A stretch of DNA of 64,000 nucleotides from Vitrella brassicaformis CCMP3155 (lineage: Eukaryota > Protista > Chromerida): assembly GCA_001179505.1 (NCBI GenBank), contig CDMY01000354.1:40651-104650 (forward strand), in the 5' to 3' direction. This document shows positions 50,701-61,417 of the stretch, piece after piece. The stretch's first letter is position 1. Every line of letters starts with the position of its first letter. The notes below the pieces were generated by a model. The model was given only the letters and a program-made list of their open reading frames with translations. It was not told where the DNA came from and searched no databases. The translations under genes and the position numbers were made by a program.

Positions 50701-52957
50701 TCAGACACTCTCTTTCAGTGACTGACCATCCTCCAAAAACGACAATTTTGCTTTCGTCCGGCTCATAGCAAATGGCGGCATGCTCCCTCTGGCCGGGCAG
50801 GATGATGTTGTCCTGCTGCTGCAGCTGCGCCCCTGCCTGAGACATGACGCTTGACCTGGCACCCGAAGTGGACTGCAGGTCCATGCCGCTCTCGCGGCGC
50901 TTGGGCCCCTTGGGGTCTTCCAGCTGAGGATCAGACCAGTTGAATTGCTCACCTGTGCAGAGACAGAGGAACTGTGCAATTTCAGACCTTTTGTCTCATC
51001 CATAATGCGTGGTTCTATACATACCGAGGTCGAGTACGCCAGTGTTGTTCTCATAGCTGCCGAAGTTTCTCTGCGCGCCGTCCTGGAACTCGCCGGTCGA
51101 TCCGCCGAAAACAAAGACCTTCCAAGAGGGGATGGCTTCGATCAGCATGTAGCTCATGTTCCATCGAGGCGGCGAAGTGCCCCAGGGCAAATCGACGTCA
51201 GACCTGACCACAACAGATGAAGGGACACGATGCACAGCGCCTTTCGTTGTGTTGTCGACGTACCAGTCCTTCTCCTTGAGATCAAGCACAAACAGGTCGT
51301 TGAACTGCGACTCGGTGTTCCATCCGCCAAAGAGATAGAGCTTGTCATCCTTGATAAAAGACACGTGACCAGCCCTGCGGGACACAAACAGCACATCACG
51401 CCACCTCTTTGTCTGCAGACGCACCCTCCCATTTACCTGGGTGGCGGGGGGTTGCCAGTGCACTGCAACTCCTCCCATGTGTCATCCTTCATGTCCTGTG
51501 CGCACACACGCACACGCACACACACACAAAGCAGAGCAGAGCAGAGCAAAGCAAAGCAAATGATCCACCCACATCAGAGGCGCACTGCACTGACCAGCAC
51601 GAACACGTCATTGAACGACTTTCTGGAATAGCCCCGGCCGCCATGGCCGCCAAACACCACCAACCGGTCGACAGCATTGGACTTGGCCCCGTTCTCGTCT
51701 GTGCCGCTGTGCTTCCACAGGGTGCAGGTGTGGTTGTATCTGGGCGCAGGCACGTCGAGCAGTGGCTGTCCGTCGGGGCCCATCTCTCCGTCGTTTGGCA
51801 TGATCAGGTTGACAATGTCGCTGTGGAACTGCTCTTGTTCGTTCATGAACATGGTGCCGGACCGCTGTGAGACCGATCCGGCTTTTCTCAGCCTGAGAGA
51901 GATGCACACAGACAGGCACGCACATATGCTCAGGGTGTTGTAATGACCTCTGACTGTCCAGTTTGTTACTTTGCCTTTTCCGATGATCGCTTGCTGCCTT
52001 TTTTGCCGCCCATCGGGATGTTCTTGGCGGCAGCCATGGCCTTCCTGGCACACAAACGAATGAACACATCCCACGTCCATGCCTCCATGGAGAGCTCCGT
52101 GATGCTCTAGAGGAAGCGGCCACATACATGCGGAGCGACGGCGCAAGTCCATCTCCCGTGCCCTGTCTTTTGAAGCCGGCCGACCCCTGTCTCGAGAAGG
52201 AGTGGCTCTGGGAGCCCTGCTGCTGCTTCGCGTGGGCACCTGCGCGCCACTGAAGCCTCTTAAACTCAATCTGACTGCCTACACACACGTACACACACAC
52301 ATACACACAAACGACGAAGAAGTGATCCCAGTTGTCATGCGCTCCTTCCTTTTGATCTTGCCTGAAGCGTCGAGGATGTATCCGTCGTTCATGCAGTGGA
52401 AGGGCGTGCAGCTCTGCAGCCCGCCAAAGATGAGAATCTTGTCTCCGCACGACAGCAGAGTGGCCGTGTGCAGCGTGCGGGCCGACGGCTTGGCGTTGTT
52501 CTCCGGCACCTCCAGCACCTCCCAGTCAAACCCAGCTGACCACAACACAAAACCCAGCACAACACAGCCAAACACAATCCTCTGCCACACAGCGGCCATG
52601 GCACCCACCTCCCTGCGAGAGATTGAGCCGGTAGATGTCATTATTGGGTATGGGCGCGCCACGTGCGTCGGTGCGTCCGTCCATTCCACCAAAAGCAACG
52701 AATCCGCCGGGGATTGGCGACAGGGTGTGGCCCGACCGGCCGCTCACCTGCACCGCACCCTTGTTCTGCAACTTGGTCCAGCAATACGGCTGCGGCTGAC
52801 ACACACAAACACAACAGCAGCACAAGCGCAGGAAACCAGGTGTGAGCGCACACTCCGCGCGTGTCTCTACGCATCCCCTGCTCCTTCGTTGGTTCATTTG
52901 ACCGCGGAGGGAGAACACGATGATCTCCCTCTCGCTCTGTGTCGCCTTTCTTACCAT
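35615..52957 (-). CDS. Axonemal outer-arm dynein heavy chain, kelch-IPT-filamin N-terminal type (Chlamydomonas alpha/ODA11-like), many exons
   Basis: Kelch repeats (GRSGHTL, PRYNHT, PPRWNM), IPT/TIG ([15 protein letters not shown]), filamin-like fold (GKYIVRY..IRGSPF), linker [10 protein letters not shown]-loops [36 protein letters not shown]. Stalk/[25 protein letters not shown]-terminal WILAGVALL. Confidence 0.97.
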
Positions 52958-53064
52958 CTTGGCAGTGTGCGGCGCAGCGCAAGCTCCTGTTGAACCTCAC
53001 AGCGCTTCTCTCTTGTGCAAGTCTCGAATGCAATGGGGGCAAGGAAGCCCCCACTCTGCATGTG

Positions 53065-53071
53065 AGCTCGC
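53065..53071 (+). promoter_or_regulatory. AGCTCGC motif in the dynein/CHORD divergent spacer
   Basis: tgcatgtgagctcgc at 53057-53071. Confidence 0.35.
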
Positions 53072-53262
53072 GGTTTTGCCAATCTGCAGCTGATCCCTCC
53101 TTGGCAGATCTCCCAGTTCAGTGACCTCCTCTTATCGCTCTCTACTTGCAGTATTTGGGAGCTCCCGCCAGCGACGTCCCGACTGCTCCCCGCATCTGCG
53201 TCTTCCCGAAGAATCCCCTTGTTCAGATAGCAGTGGCACCCTCCCGTTGCGCACAACAAACA

Positions 53263-54363
53263 ATGACGGAGGGATCCAGCTTGCTGAAGAGGTGCCGGCG
53301 TCACGGGTGCCATGCCGAGTACAGGGAGGAGGAGAACCATGACCAGGCCTGCTGCTACCATCCAGTTGAGGACACATAGAAGAGAGATCTCGCGCGGCTG
53401 ATGCAGACACAATTCGCCCTTCTGCTTCTTCTGCTTGCAGGGGTGGCCTGTGTTTCACGATCTCAAAAAGAGCTGGTACGCCTCTAATCGAGGTCGGTGA
53501 TGGTCTGTGGTATCTGCCTGTGTGCTTGTTTCCGCTCAGGACGTGCTGCAACGCCTCCTCATACGACTGGGACGATTTCATGAAGATCCCAGGTCATAGG
53601 CAAGGGACGGCAAGGCTGCAGCCTGAAAGCACTCTCTCTCCTCCCGCATGACAGGTTGCGCGCGAGGCTTCCACACGACCGAGAAGCCTCAGCGCCCCGA
53701 GCCGCCCAAGCCAGCAGCACGGGCGCCGGTTGCAGCTGCCCCCTCTCCCCAGCCTGTCAAGGACATCAACGAGTACAACAGACAACAGGCGAACGAGAAG
53801 GTGGGCTACGTGAGCACTCCCTCTCTGCTGTCGTCCAAGTGCCTTGTGTTTCCGTGCGTGCAGAAACAGGCCGCGGCGGCCAATGCCGCGAGCGCTCCCG
53901 ACAGACCGATGAAGCCCATGGTATGGATGTTGCCAAACACGACTGCGCGTGTGTGGATTCCATTTGTTTGCGTATGTGTCGGGGCGTATGCAGGTGACCA
54001 AGTCTGGTCGGTACAAGTGCTGCAACGGTGGGTGCAACCAGGAGTATGAGCCAGACGAGAACCACGACACCGCTTGCAGGTCAGCCACAGCCACAGACAC
54101 CAACCCCAGCGGAGGGCGACCATGAGCATCTGTGTGATGAAATGTGAAGGTATCACCCGGGCAAGCCGATCTTCCACGACTTGAAGAAGTACTGGTCGTG
54201 CTGCAGCAACATTGTCAAGTACGACTGGGACGAATTCATGCAAATCGAACCATGCGCCATAGGTAGGTCACCACTTGACCAACTGACTCACTCACTCACT
54301 CACTCACTGACCCATTGCGTGTTGGCTGCAGGTCGGCACAATCCCAAGATGGTCCCTGCCTAA
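53263..54363 (+). CDS. Tandem CHORD-domain protein without a CS domain (RAR1-like Hsp90 co-chaperone), multi-exon
   Basis: [34 protein letters not shown]..GFH and [41 protein letters not shown]. Confidence 0.92.
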
Positions 54364-54603
54364 CGCGTGCAGGGTTTGTGCAGTGCATGCAGCCCGTCGA
54401 GACTGTTTACAAAAGTCGAGATTCTTTGTGTAAATGTTGATAAAGGTTCCCCTCTCGCTTTCCCGCGCTTTCGTCCATTGAATCAGCCTCTTTTGAACGG
54501 ATTTCGCTCGCGTGTGCATCACTCTATCGGACAGAATGGTCAGTCGAGAGGGAGCGTCACGCACAGCAGAGGTGACTCGCTCATCCATGGTGGTGCATGA
54601 GTG

Positions 54604-57600
54604 ATGTCGGTGCAGGCGGCTCAGTGGGGACGCCCCTACACCTCCTCTCAGTTCGCAGGCAAGCAGCTGACAGAATCCCCGCAAACAAACGGCAAACAGG
54701 CTCGTTTGCTTGTCGTTGCTGCTTCAGATGACGACCCCATCGAGGATCTGCCGGAAATGCCGTCGTCGAGTGCCTCCTCCTACCAGCAGCAGCAGCAGCC
54801 GCAGCGTCACCTCGCCAACCCGTTCGGTCACATCGCCACCCGACCCAACGCACACTGGTCCAAAGCATCCTCACTCACGCGAGCAAGCAACACAAGCACC
54901 ACTCGTGGGCAGCAGCAGGGGCACCAGGGGCACCGTCCAGGGGCGGCGATGAGTCGCTACGGCCAGAGCAGCTACGGCAGCAGCGGCCCGTCGGCGCAGG
55001 CAGCCGCTCAGACGTCGCTCGTGTGCGTGTCGCAAGCTTTGCCGCCCAGGATGAGCCACATCTTCCCATACTCACACTTCAATGTCGTGCAGTCGGTCAG
55101 CCACAAAGAACACATGGATGGGCGCGGCGCATGTGGGTGGGTGTGGGGGATTGTGTGTGTGTTGTTCTTTCATGCAGGAGTGTTTCAACGACGCGTTTGG
55201 GAGCGACAGCGATCTGGTGGTGGCGGCGCCGACGGGCAGCGGCAAGACGGGCGTGTTGGAGCTGACGATGCTCAGGCTCATCCACACCAACCAAGACCAA
55301 TTCAACGGCGGCGTCGACGGTCAGCCCACCACACCATCACACCACCCACGCAACGTGGACACCCCTGCACGTGTTTGTGTGTGTGTGTGTGTGTTCTGTG
55401 TGCAGTGCCCAAGATGCTGTACATCGCACCCATCAAGGCCCTCTGCAGCGAGCGGATGCAGGACTGGCAGCACAAATTCGGCGGTGGGATCACCAATCCA
55501 CTCTTTCGTCCATCCGTGTCTGTGTCTGATGTGTCTGTGTGTGGTGTGCTGCTGTGCTGATGGACAGAGTTGTTGGGTCTGACTGTGTTTGAGGTGACGG
55601 GCGACACGGACGACAGCACCACATCCTTCATGGTGCGTGGCAAAACATGCATGCACATACACAAATGCACGCAGACGCAGATGGTCCATCCATCCATTCA
55701 TTCTTGTGTCGTGTGTGTGTGTGTGTGTGTGTGTGCAGAATAACCTCTACATGGCCCATCTGCTCATCTGCACCCCCGAGAAGTGGGATTTCGTCTCACG
55801 CAAGACGCCAGACATCATCAGCCACATCAGGTGGGTGCCCCACGACACACAAAAGACGCACACACACGCCTTTCTGCACTTGTATGTGTTCTTTGTGTGC
55901 ACTAAGGTTGGTGTGCATCGACGAGGTGCATCTGCTGGGCAGCAAAAGGGGTCCCTGCCTTGAGGCCGTCGTCGCCAGACACATGATTCAAGCAAAGCCG
56001 AGGTATGTGTGATATCAACACACCACACCACACCATACACCCCCAGCACCCTCCTCCTCTGTTTTGTTCGGCAGACTCGTCGCTGTGTCTGCAACTGGTC
56101 GCGGACACAATGCGCACACACCAACAACACGCACACCTGTGTGTCTGTCTGTCTGTCTGTCTTGCCGTCAGTGCCCAATCTTGATGACGTGGCGTCGTGG
56201 CTGGGGTGTGGTGCGGACCCGGGGGCCACGATGCGCCGCTTCGACGCCACATACCGACCAGTGCCGCTGCAGCACATCGTCTATGGTACGTGCACTTACC
56301 GTACTCCCCCTGAACACACGCGATGGATGCAGCCCCCCACCCCTGTCCTGTCACACCAGGCTACCCACCGGCCAAAGACAACAACGGCTTCCTGTTCGAG
56401 AGAGGACTCAACCAACACGGTATCCTACTCACGACAACACACGCCGGCAGGCAGGCACTCAGAGGCAGGCATCTCCCTCTCACCCGTGTGTCTGTGTGCC
56501 GGATGTGTGCTGTGTTGATGTCATGTGTGTCAGTGCCTGAGTTGATCCGTCGGCATTCGTCAGGCCGGCCGTGTTTAGTCTTCTGCGTCACCAAGAAGGG
56601 CTGCGAGCAGACGGCCGCGGCCATCAGAGACAGCGGCCTGCAGCTGGTGCAGAACGACCACCACCGACACGCCGCCGCACAACTCGCCTCACAGCTGCCA
56701 GAGAGCATCCGCAAATGTGCGCACGGGGGCAAGGAGGCAGGCAGGGGACATGCTAGAGCCCGCTCTGTGTGCATGTGCATGTGTGTGTGTGGTCCATCTC
56801 ATCTGCAGATGTGTCTGCGGGAGTCGGGGTGCACAACAGCGGGCTCAAGCCAGAGGAGCGTCGCGTGATTGAGGACGGCTTCGTGCAGGGCACCCTCCGA
56901 GTGCTGTGCACCACCACCACACTCGCACAGGGCGTCAACCTTCCCGCCCACCTGGTCATCGTCAAGTCCACTCTCGCATACAAGGGCGCCGGCTATGTGT
57001 AAGCAACGACCGAACACCAACACCCACTTCCCCCTGCCCTTTTGTGCTATGCAGTGACTACGATGACCTTGAGATGCTGCAGATGATCGGCAGGGCGGGA
57101 CGGCCGTGAGTGTGTGTGTGGGGGGGGGGGGCGGGGGGATGAGGATGTGTGGGCACATGCATTGTGTGTTGTGGGTGTGTGGTGTGGGTGTGTGGGTATC
57201 CAGTCAGTTCGACGACAAGGGCGTGGCGGTCATCATGTGTCCGAACAACAGCAAGGCCAAGTGGGAGAGGATGGTCCAGGGCAACGTCCTGCTCGAGTCG
57301 TCGCTGGCCTCCAACCTCATCGAATACACCAACACAGGTCGGATCTCCCACACACACATCCGTCCTGCGTGTGGATCGGTGTGTGTGTGTGTCAGAGATC
57401 CATCTGCGCACCATTGATTCGTACGAGACGGCCAAACAGTGGATCCGCACCACGTTCCTCTACGTCAGAGCCAAGCGACAGCCGCAAAAGTACAGCCAAC
57501 CCACGCAGACCAACAACCACACACACACACACACGTCATCACCTGTTCCTCCGCCCCGCTCTCAACACGCATGCACATCTTGTCAACCAGGTATGAGATG

Positions 57601-60600
57601 CGCTCGCCAATCGACCCGGCGATCGACGCCAAAGTCAACGAAACCATCGAACAGGTCACTTACACAAACACCACCCCAGACGCACATCCACGACGTCAGT
57701 CACCTCGCCTGTGTGTCGGGTATGCAGTTGCATGAGGTCGGGATGATTTTGGTGGATGAGGCGAGCGGGGCCATCAGCAGCACGGCACTCGGCAGCGTCA
57801 TGGCAAAGCACAGCATCAAGTTCGAGACCATGAAGAACTTCATCCAGATCGACCCGAGGGAGGTCGAGGCCAACTCTCCAAAGGTCGAGAAGGGGCTACT
57901 CGAAGCCATCAGCCAAGCCACAGAGTTCCTGGTAGCCCCACCACGACCCACACCCACATACCCAACACACACACCTTGGTCGCTGTCCTGTGTGTGTGTG
58001 TGTGTGTGTTCAGGATTTTCCCCCCAAGCAGGACCAGCGCAAACCCCTCCGCACACTCGCCACCAACTGCAGGTCCATACACAGGCAGACCGCTCTCACT
58101 CCCCGCTCACCCCGACTGTGTGTCTGTGGTGGTGTGGGTGTGCAGGTATCCGTTGAAGAATCAGGCCATCGGTGATGCGCACAAGAAGGCGTTCGTCATG
58201 CTCCAATGCGCACTCGAGCACACCAAGGTCAGCACAACCAAATACACACACACACATGAATCATCTTACTGATGGGTATGTGCGTGTGGATGCGACCTTG
58301 GTGTGTGCAGACGAATCAGTGGGAGCTGTCGGCGCAGTTCGATCAGATACGTCGGCTGGCCGAGCGACTCTCCACGGTGGTCGAGACGGTTCTCACTGAA
58401 AAACCGTACAACGGGGTGGCGCTGGCGGAGGCAATAAAGGTCGAGAGGGCTCTCAAATGCAAGATCTGGTCAGCCACCCACCCACACACGCGCACATATA
58501 GAAATGGGCGACGAGTCATTGAGTGAGTGCATCAAGTGCCCCCCCTGTGTGTGTGTGTGCAGGAACGACTCCCGCGACCTTCAGCTGACACAGCTCGACG
58601 GCATCGGGTTGGCCTCCCACCCCCCCACACACATTCACGCCTTCACGCCGCCACACCACACCTGCCCGTCCCTCGTGTGGATGTCTGCAGTGACGGTTTT
58701 GCCGCCAAGCTGCACGGCCACCGTGTGTCGACGCTCGACCAGCTGGCCCGATGCGACTCGTCCAAGCTCAGCATGATGCGTGAGGGCCAGCACACACACA
58801 CACATACACACACACACATACACACACACCGATGAGGCGTGTCGCGATTCCATATAGGTGAGGGCCAATTGTCCCTGCAGCGACTGACTGAGTGGAGCAG
58901 GACGGCCGCCAGCATCCCCCGATACGAGGTCACCATCGAGGTCCAGCAGCAGGGCCGCACCGCACTGGTCACACTCGAGCCAATGGACGTCATGGTACGC
59001 ACCAGGAGAGAGGGGCTGTGGGGCACCCCAATCAATGCATGTATGTGTTGTGTGTGTCGTTCGTATGTGTGTGTAGCCATCGTGGCAGACGGTGGCAGGC
59101 TTTGAGCCGCAGAGGGCCACCTACCACCTGCTGCTGTACTCGGACGAGCGCCAGCTGATCTTCAATCGCAAGATCGCCGTCAACGCCGCCAACTACGGCC
59201 AGCCCCTGACCTTCACCGCCGCGCTGCCCACGCCCGTCGGCCAGAGTGGGTGCATCTTTGGACAACTCATCTGCAGAGAATACATCGGAATCGGTCCGTC
59301 ACACACACACACACACACACTCTCCCAGACTGCAAACATGTATGCATGGATGGATTGGTTCAGATCGTGCTTTTTCGTGGCCCAAGGGTCTGACGAGTTC
59401 GTCGCTCGTGCAGCTGGAGCCGACCGCCCAGGCCAAACCCAAAGCCAAGAGCAGCAAGAAGAGAAACAACAACGACGTAACCACACACATACACACACAT
59501 CCACAGACAGAGAGGCGTGTGCATGTGTCGGCATGTGTTCGCCTGTGTGTGTGCAGTCCAAGTCGGCGGCTGGTCGCCCTGCCAAGCTGCAGCGCACGCT
59601 GAGTCCCTATCAGCAGCAGGCGGCAGCTGCACCTGGCGGCACCACGGGCAGCGGATGGATCACAAAGAAGGCGCCGCCCAAACCCAAAGCCAACATCGCC
59701 ACGCAAAGCATGAACAACACCAGTACCAACACAGGTGTGTATCCACACAAGACACCTGTCGTCATGCAGCGGCCCTCGCCATGTGCACTTGTGTGTAGAT
59801 TTCTCCGGTGCAGCGGCTGCTGGTGGGGCTGGTGGTGGTGGCATTGCGTCTGGCCAGGGCATCGACAGTATGGCCACCTGGCGGTCATTGTCCCGCAAGC
59901 ACAACATGTCCAGCGGGTCGACGGGCAGACTCACGCCCCACGACACACCGAATGCCATGACCACGACGGCCAGCGACCAGCAGCCAGCAGAGCCCCCCAC
60001 GCAGCCGTCGACCGCCAACATCGCACGTGTGTCCCCGGGCGTGCCCAGGCCATTGAACAGACCATCCGTACGCAAAGACGGATCCCACACTTGATTGATT
60101 CATGTGGTGGATATGGCTCATGCCTGCCTGTGTTTTGGTGTGTTGTGGTGTGTTGCGTCTTGCAGATATCTCCCCGTTTCCCTCGTTCTGGTGCTGGTGC
60201 TGGTGTCAGTCGTCCGGTGCCTCGCCCGCCGCCCGTCAATCGTAACCCCAACGCACCCGTCATGATGCCTCCCCGCCCCCCTGCCCAGCCGCCCTTCCCA
60301 CACAATGTCGCCAGGCCGTTCGTGAGACCCCCGCCGCCCACTTACGGTGTCGCCAGGCCGTTCGTCAGACCCCCACCGCACAGACCGGTGCGCCACCAAG
60401 ACACGCATACATGGATGGACTGATACCGGCTGGCATCGTGTGTGTGGGGTGTCGGGGTATGTGTGTCAGGTGTGTGCGCCTGCTGCTCGTCCTCGTTGCG
60501 TGTCTGTGTCTGCGTCGAGTCGGTTCGGCCCGCCCGCCCCCCATCAGAATCATAATGCCCCCATGCACATGAGCACCACCACGACTACCACCACCACCAC

Positions 60601-60907
60601 CAGCACTCGCAGCAGCTACGCTGCCTATGCCATGCCGCAGAGCTACAACCCGGTGATGCACCAGCCGGCGGCCAGCCAGCCATTCGACCCGTACGATGAC
60701 GACAACACAGAGATGGACACGGGCATCGACACCCACACCCACACGGCCGACGACATGATGACGCAGCAGCCGCAGCCGGGTGTGAGCGGTGTGGGCGGCG
60801 GCATGGGGATGGGTGTGGGTCTCGGCGTGGGAGCTGAGCATCAGGGCGGTACAGCGGACATGGCCATGTCCCAGTGTGATCAGCTCTTCACAGATATCTG
60901 GGAGTGA
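54604..60907 (+). CDS. HFM1: MER3/HFM1 meiotic DExH helicase (Ski2-like, Sec63 domain), multi-exon
   Basis: FPYSHFNVVQS, VAAPTGSGKT, YIAPIKALCSER, TPEKWD, DEVHLL, VSAT..PNL, FCVTKKGCEQTA, GVGVHNSGL, TTTLAQGVNLPAHLVIVKST, QMIGRAGRPQFD, then a Sec63-like region and a disordered tail. Confidence 0.9.
60306..60378 (+). repeat. 42-bp-period tandem duplication encoding VARPFVRPPP x2 in the HFM1 tail
   Basis: tgtcgccaggccgttcgt starts at 60306 and again at 60348. Confidence 0.85.
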
Positions 60908-61417
60908 CTGACATGTGAAGGACACAAGAAGAAACAGCCAACAGCCATGCAGACAGACAGACTCAGATGGACACATGGATGATCGAATGAATGCTGTCAG
61001 TGGTCCAAGTGAGATGGATGGATGTATGGATGAGTGAGTGAGTTGATGGCTGATCGATCGCATATACTCGATGGATGGACATTCGCAGACACAGACAGAC
61101 ACTGATTAACGTCGCAATTCATTCAATTGAATTACATGATGGATGGTGATTTATTGAGATGTGGTCCCGTACATACATGCACACGTTGCCCGTCGACAAG
61201 ACGCCCTCTCAAATAAGTTAGTTGATCGGTTCCCAAATAAGGGGAGCTACGGATGCTGCAGCGAGAGATAGGTCGTTGCTTGTACGCTCATTGATGAGGT
61301 AGTCTATTCACATATATGTCTCTCCCCTGTCTCCCTACGGCAGGAAACACAGCACTATTCACTATTCAATCGGCAGCCAACCACTTCCCGCCCTCCCTCC
61401 CTCCCTCTAGCCCTCCA

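Noticed and set aside
35615-60907. A gamete/meiosis gene cluster (dynein, CHORD, MER3)
   Set aside because: Three adjacent genes with unrelated biochemistry and no shared sequence signal. Chance adjacency is likely without expression data.
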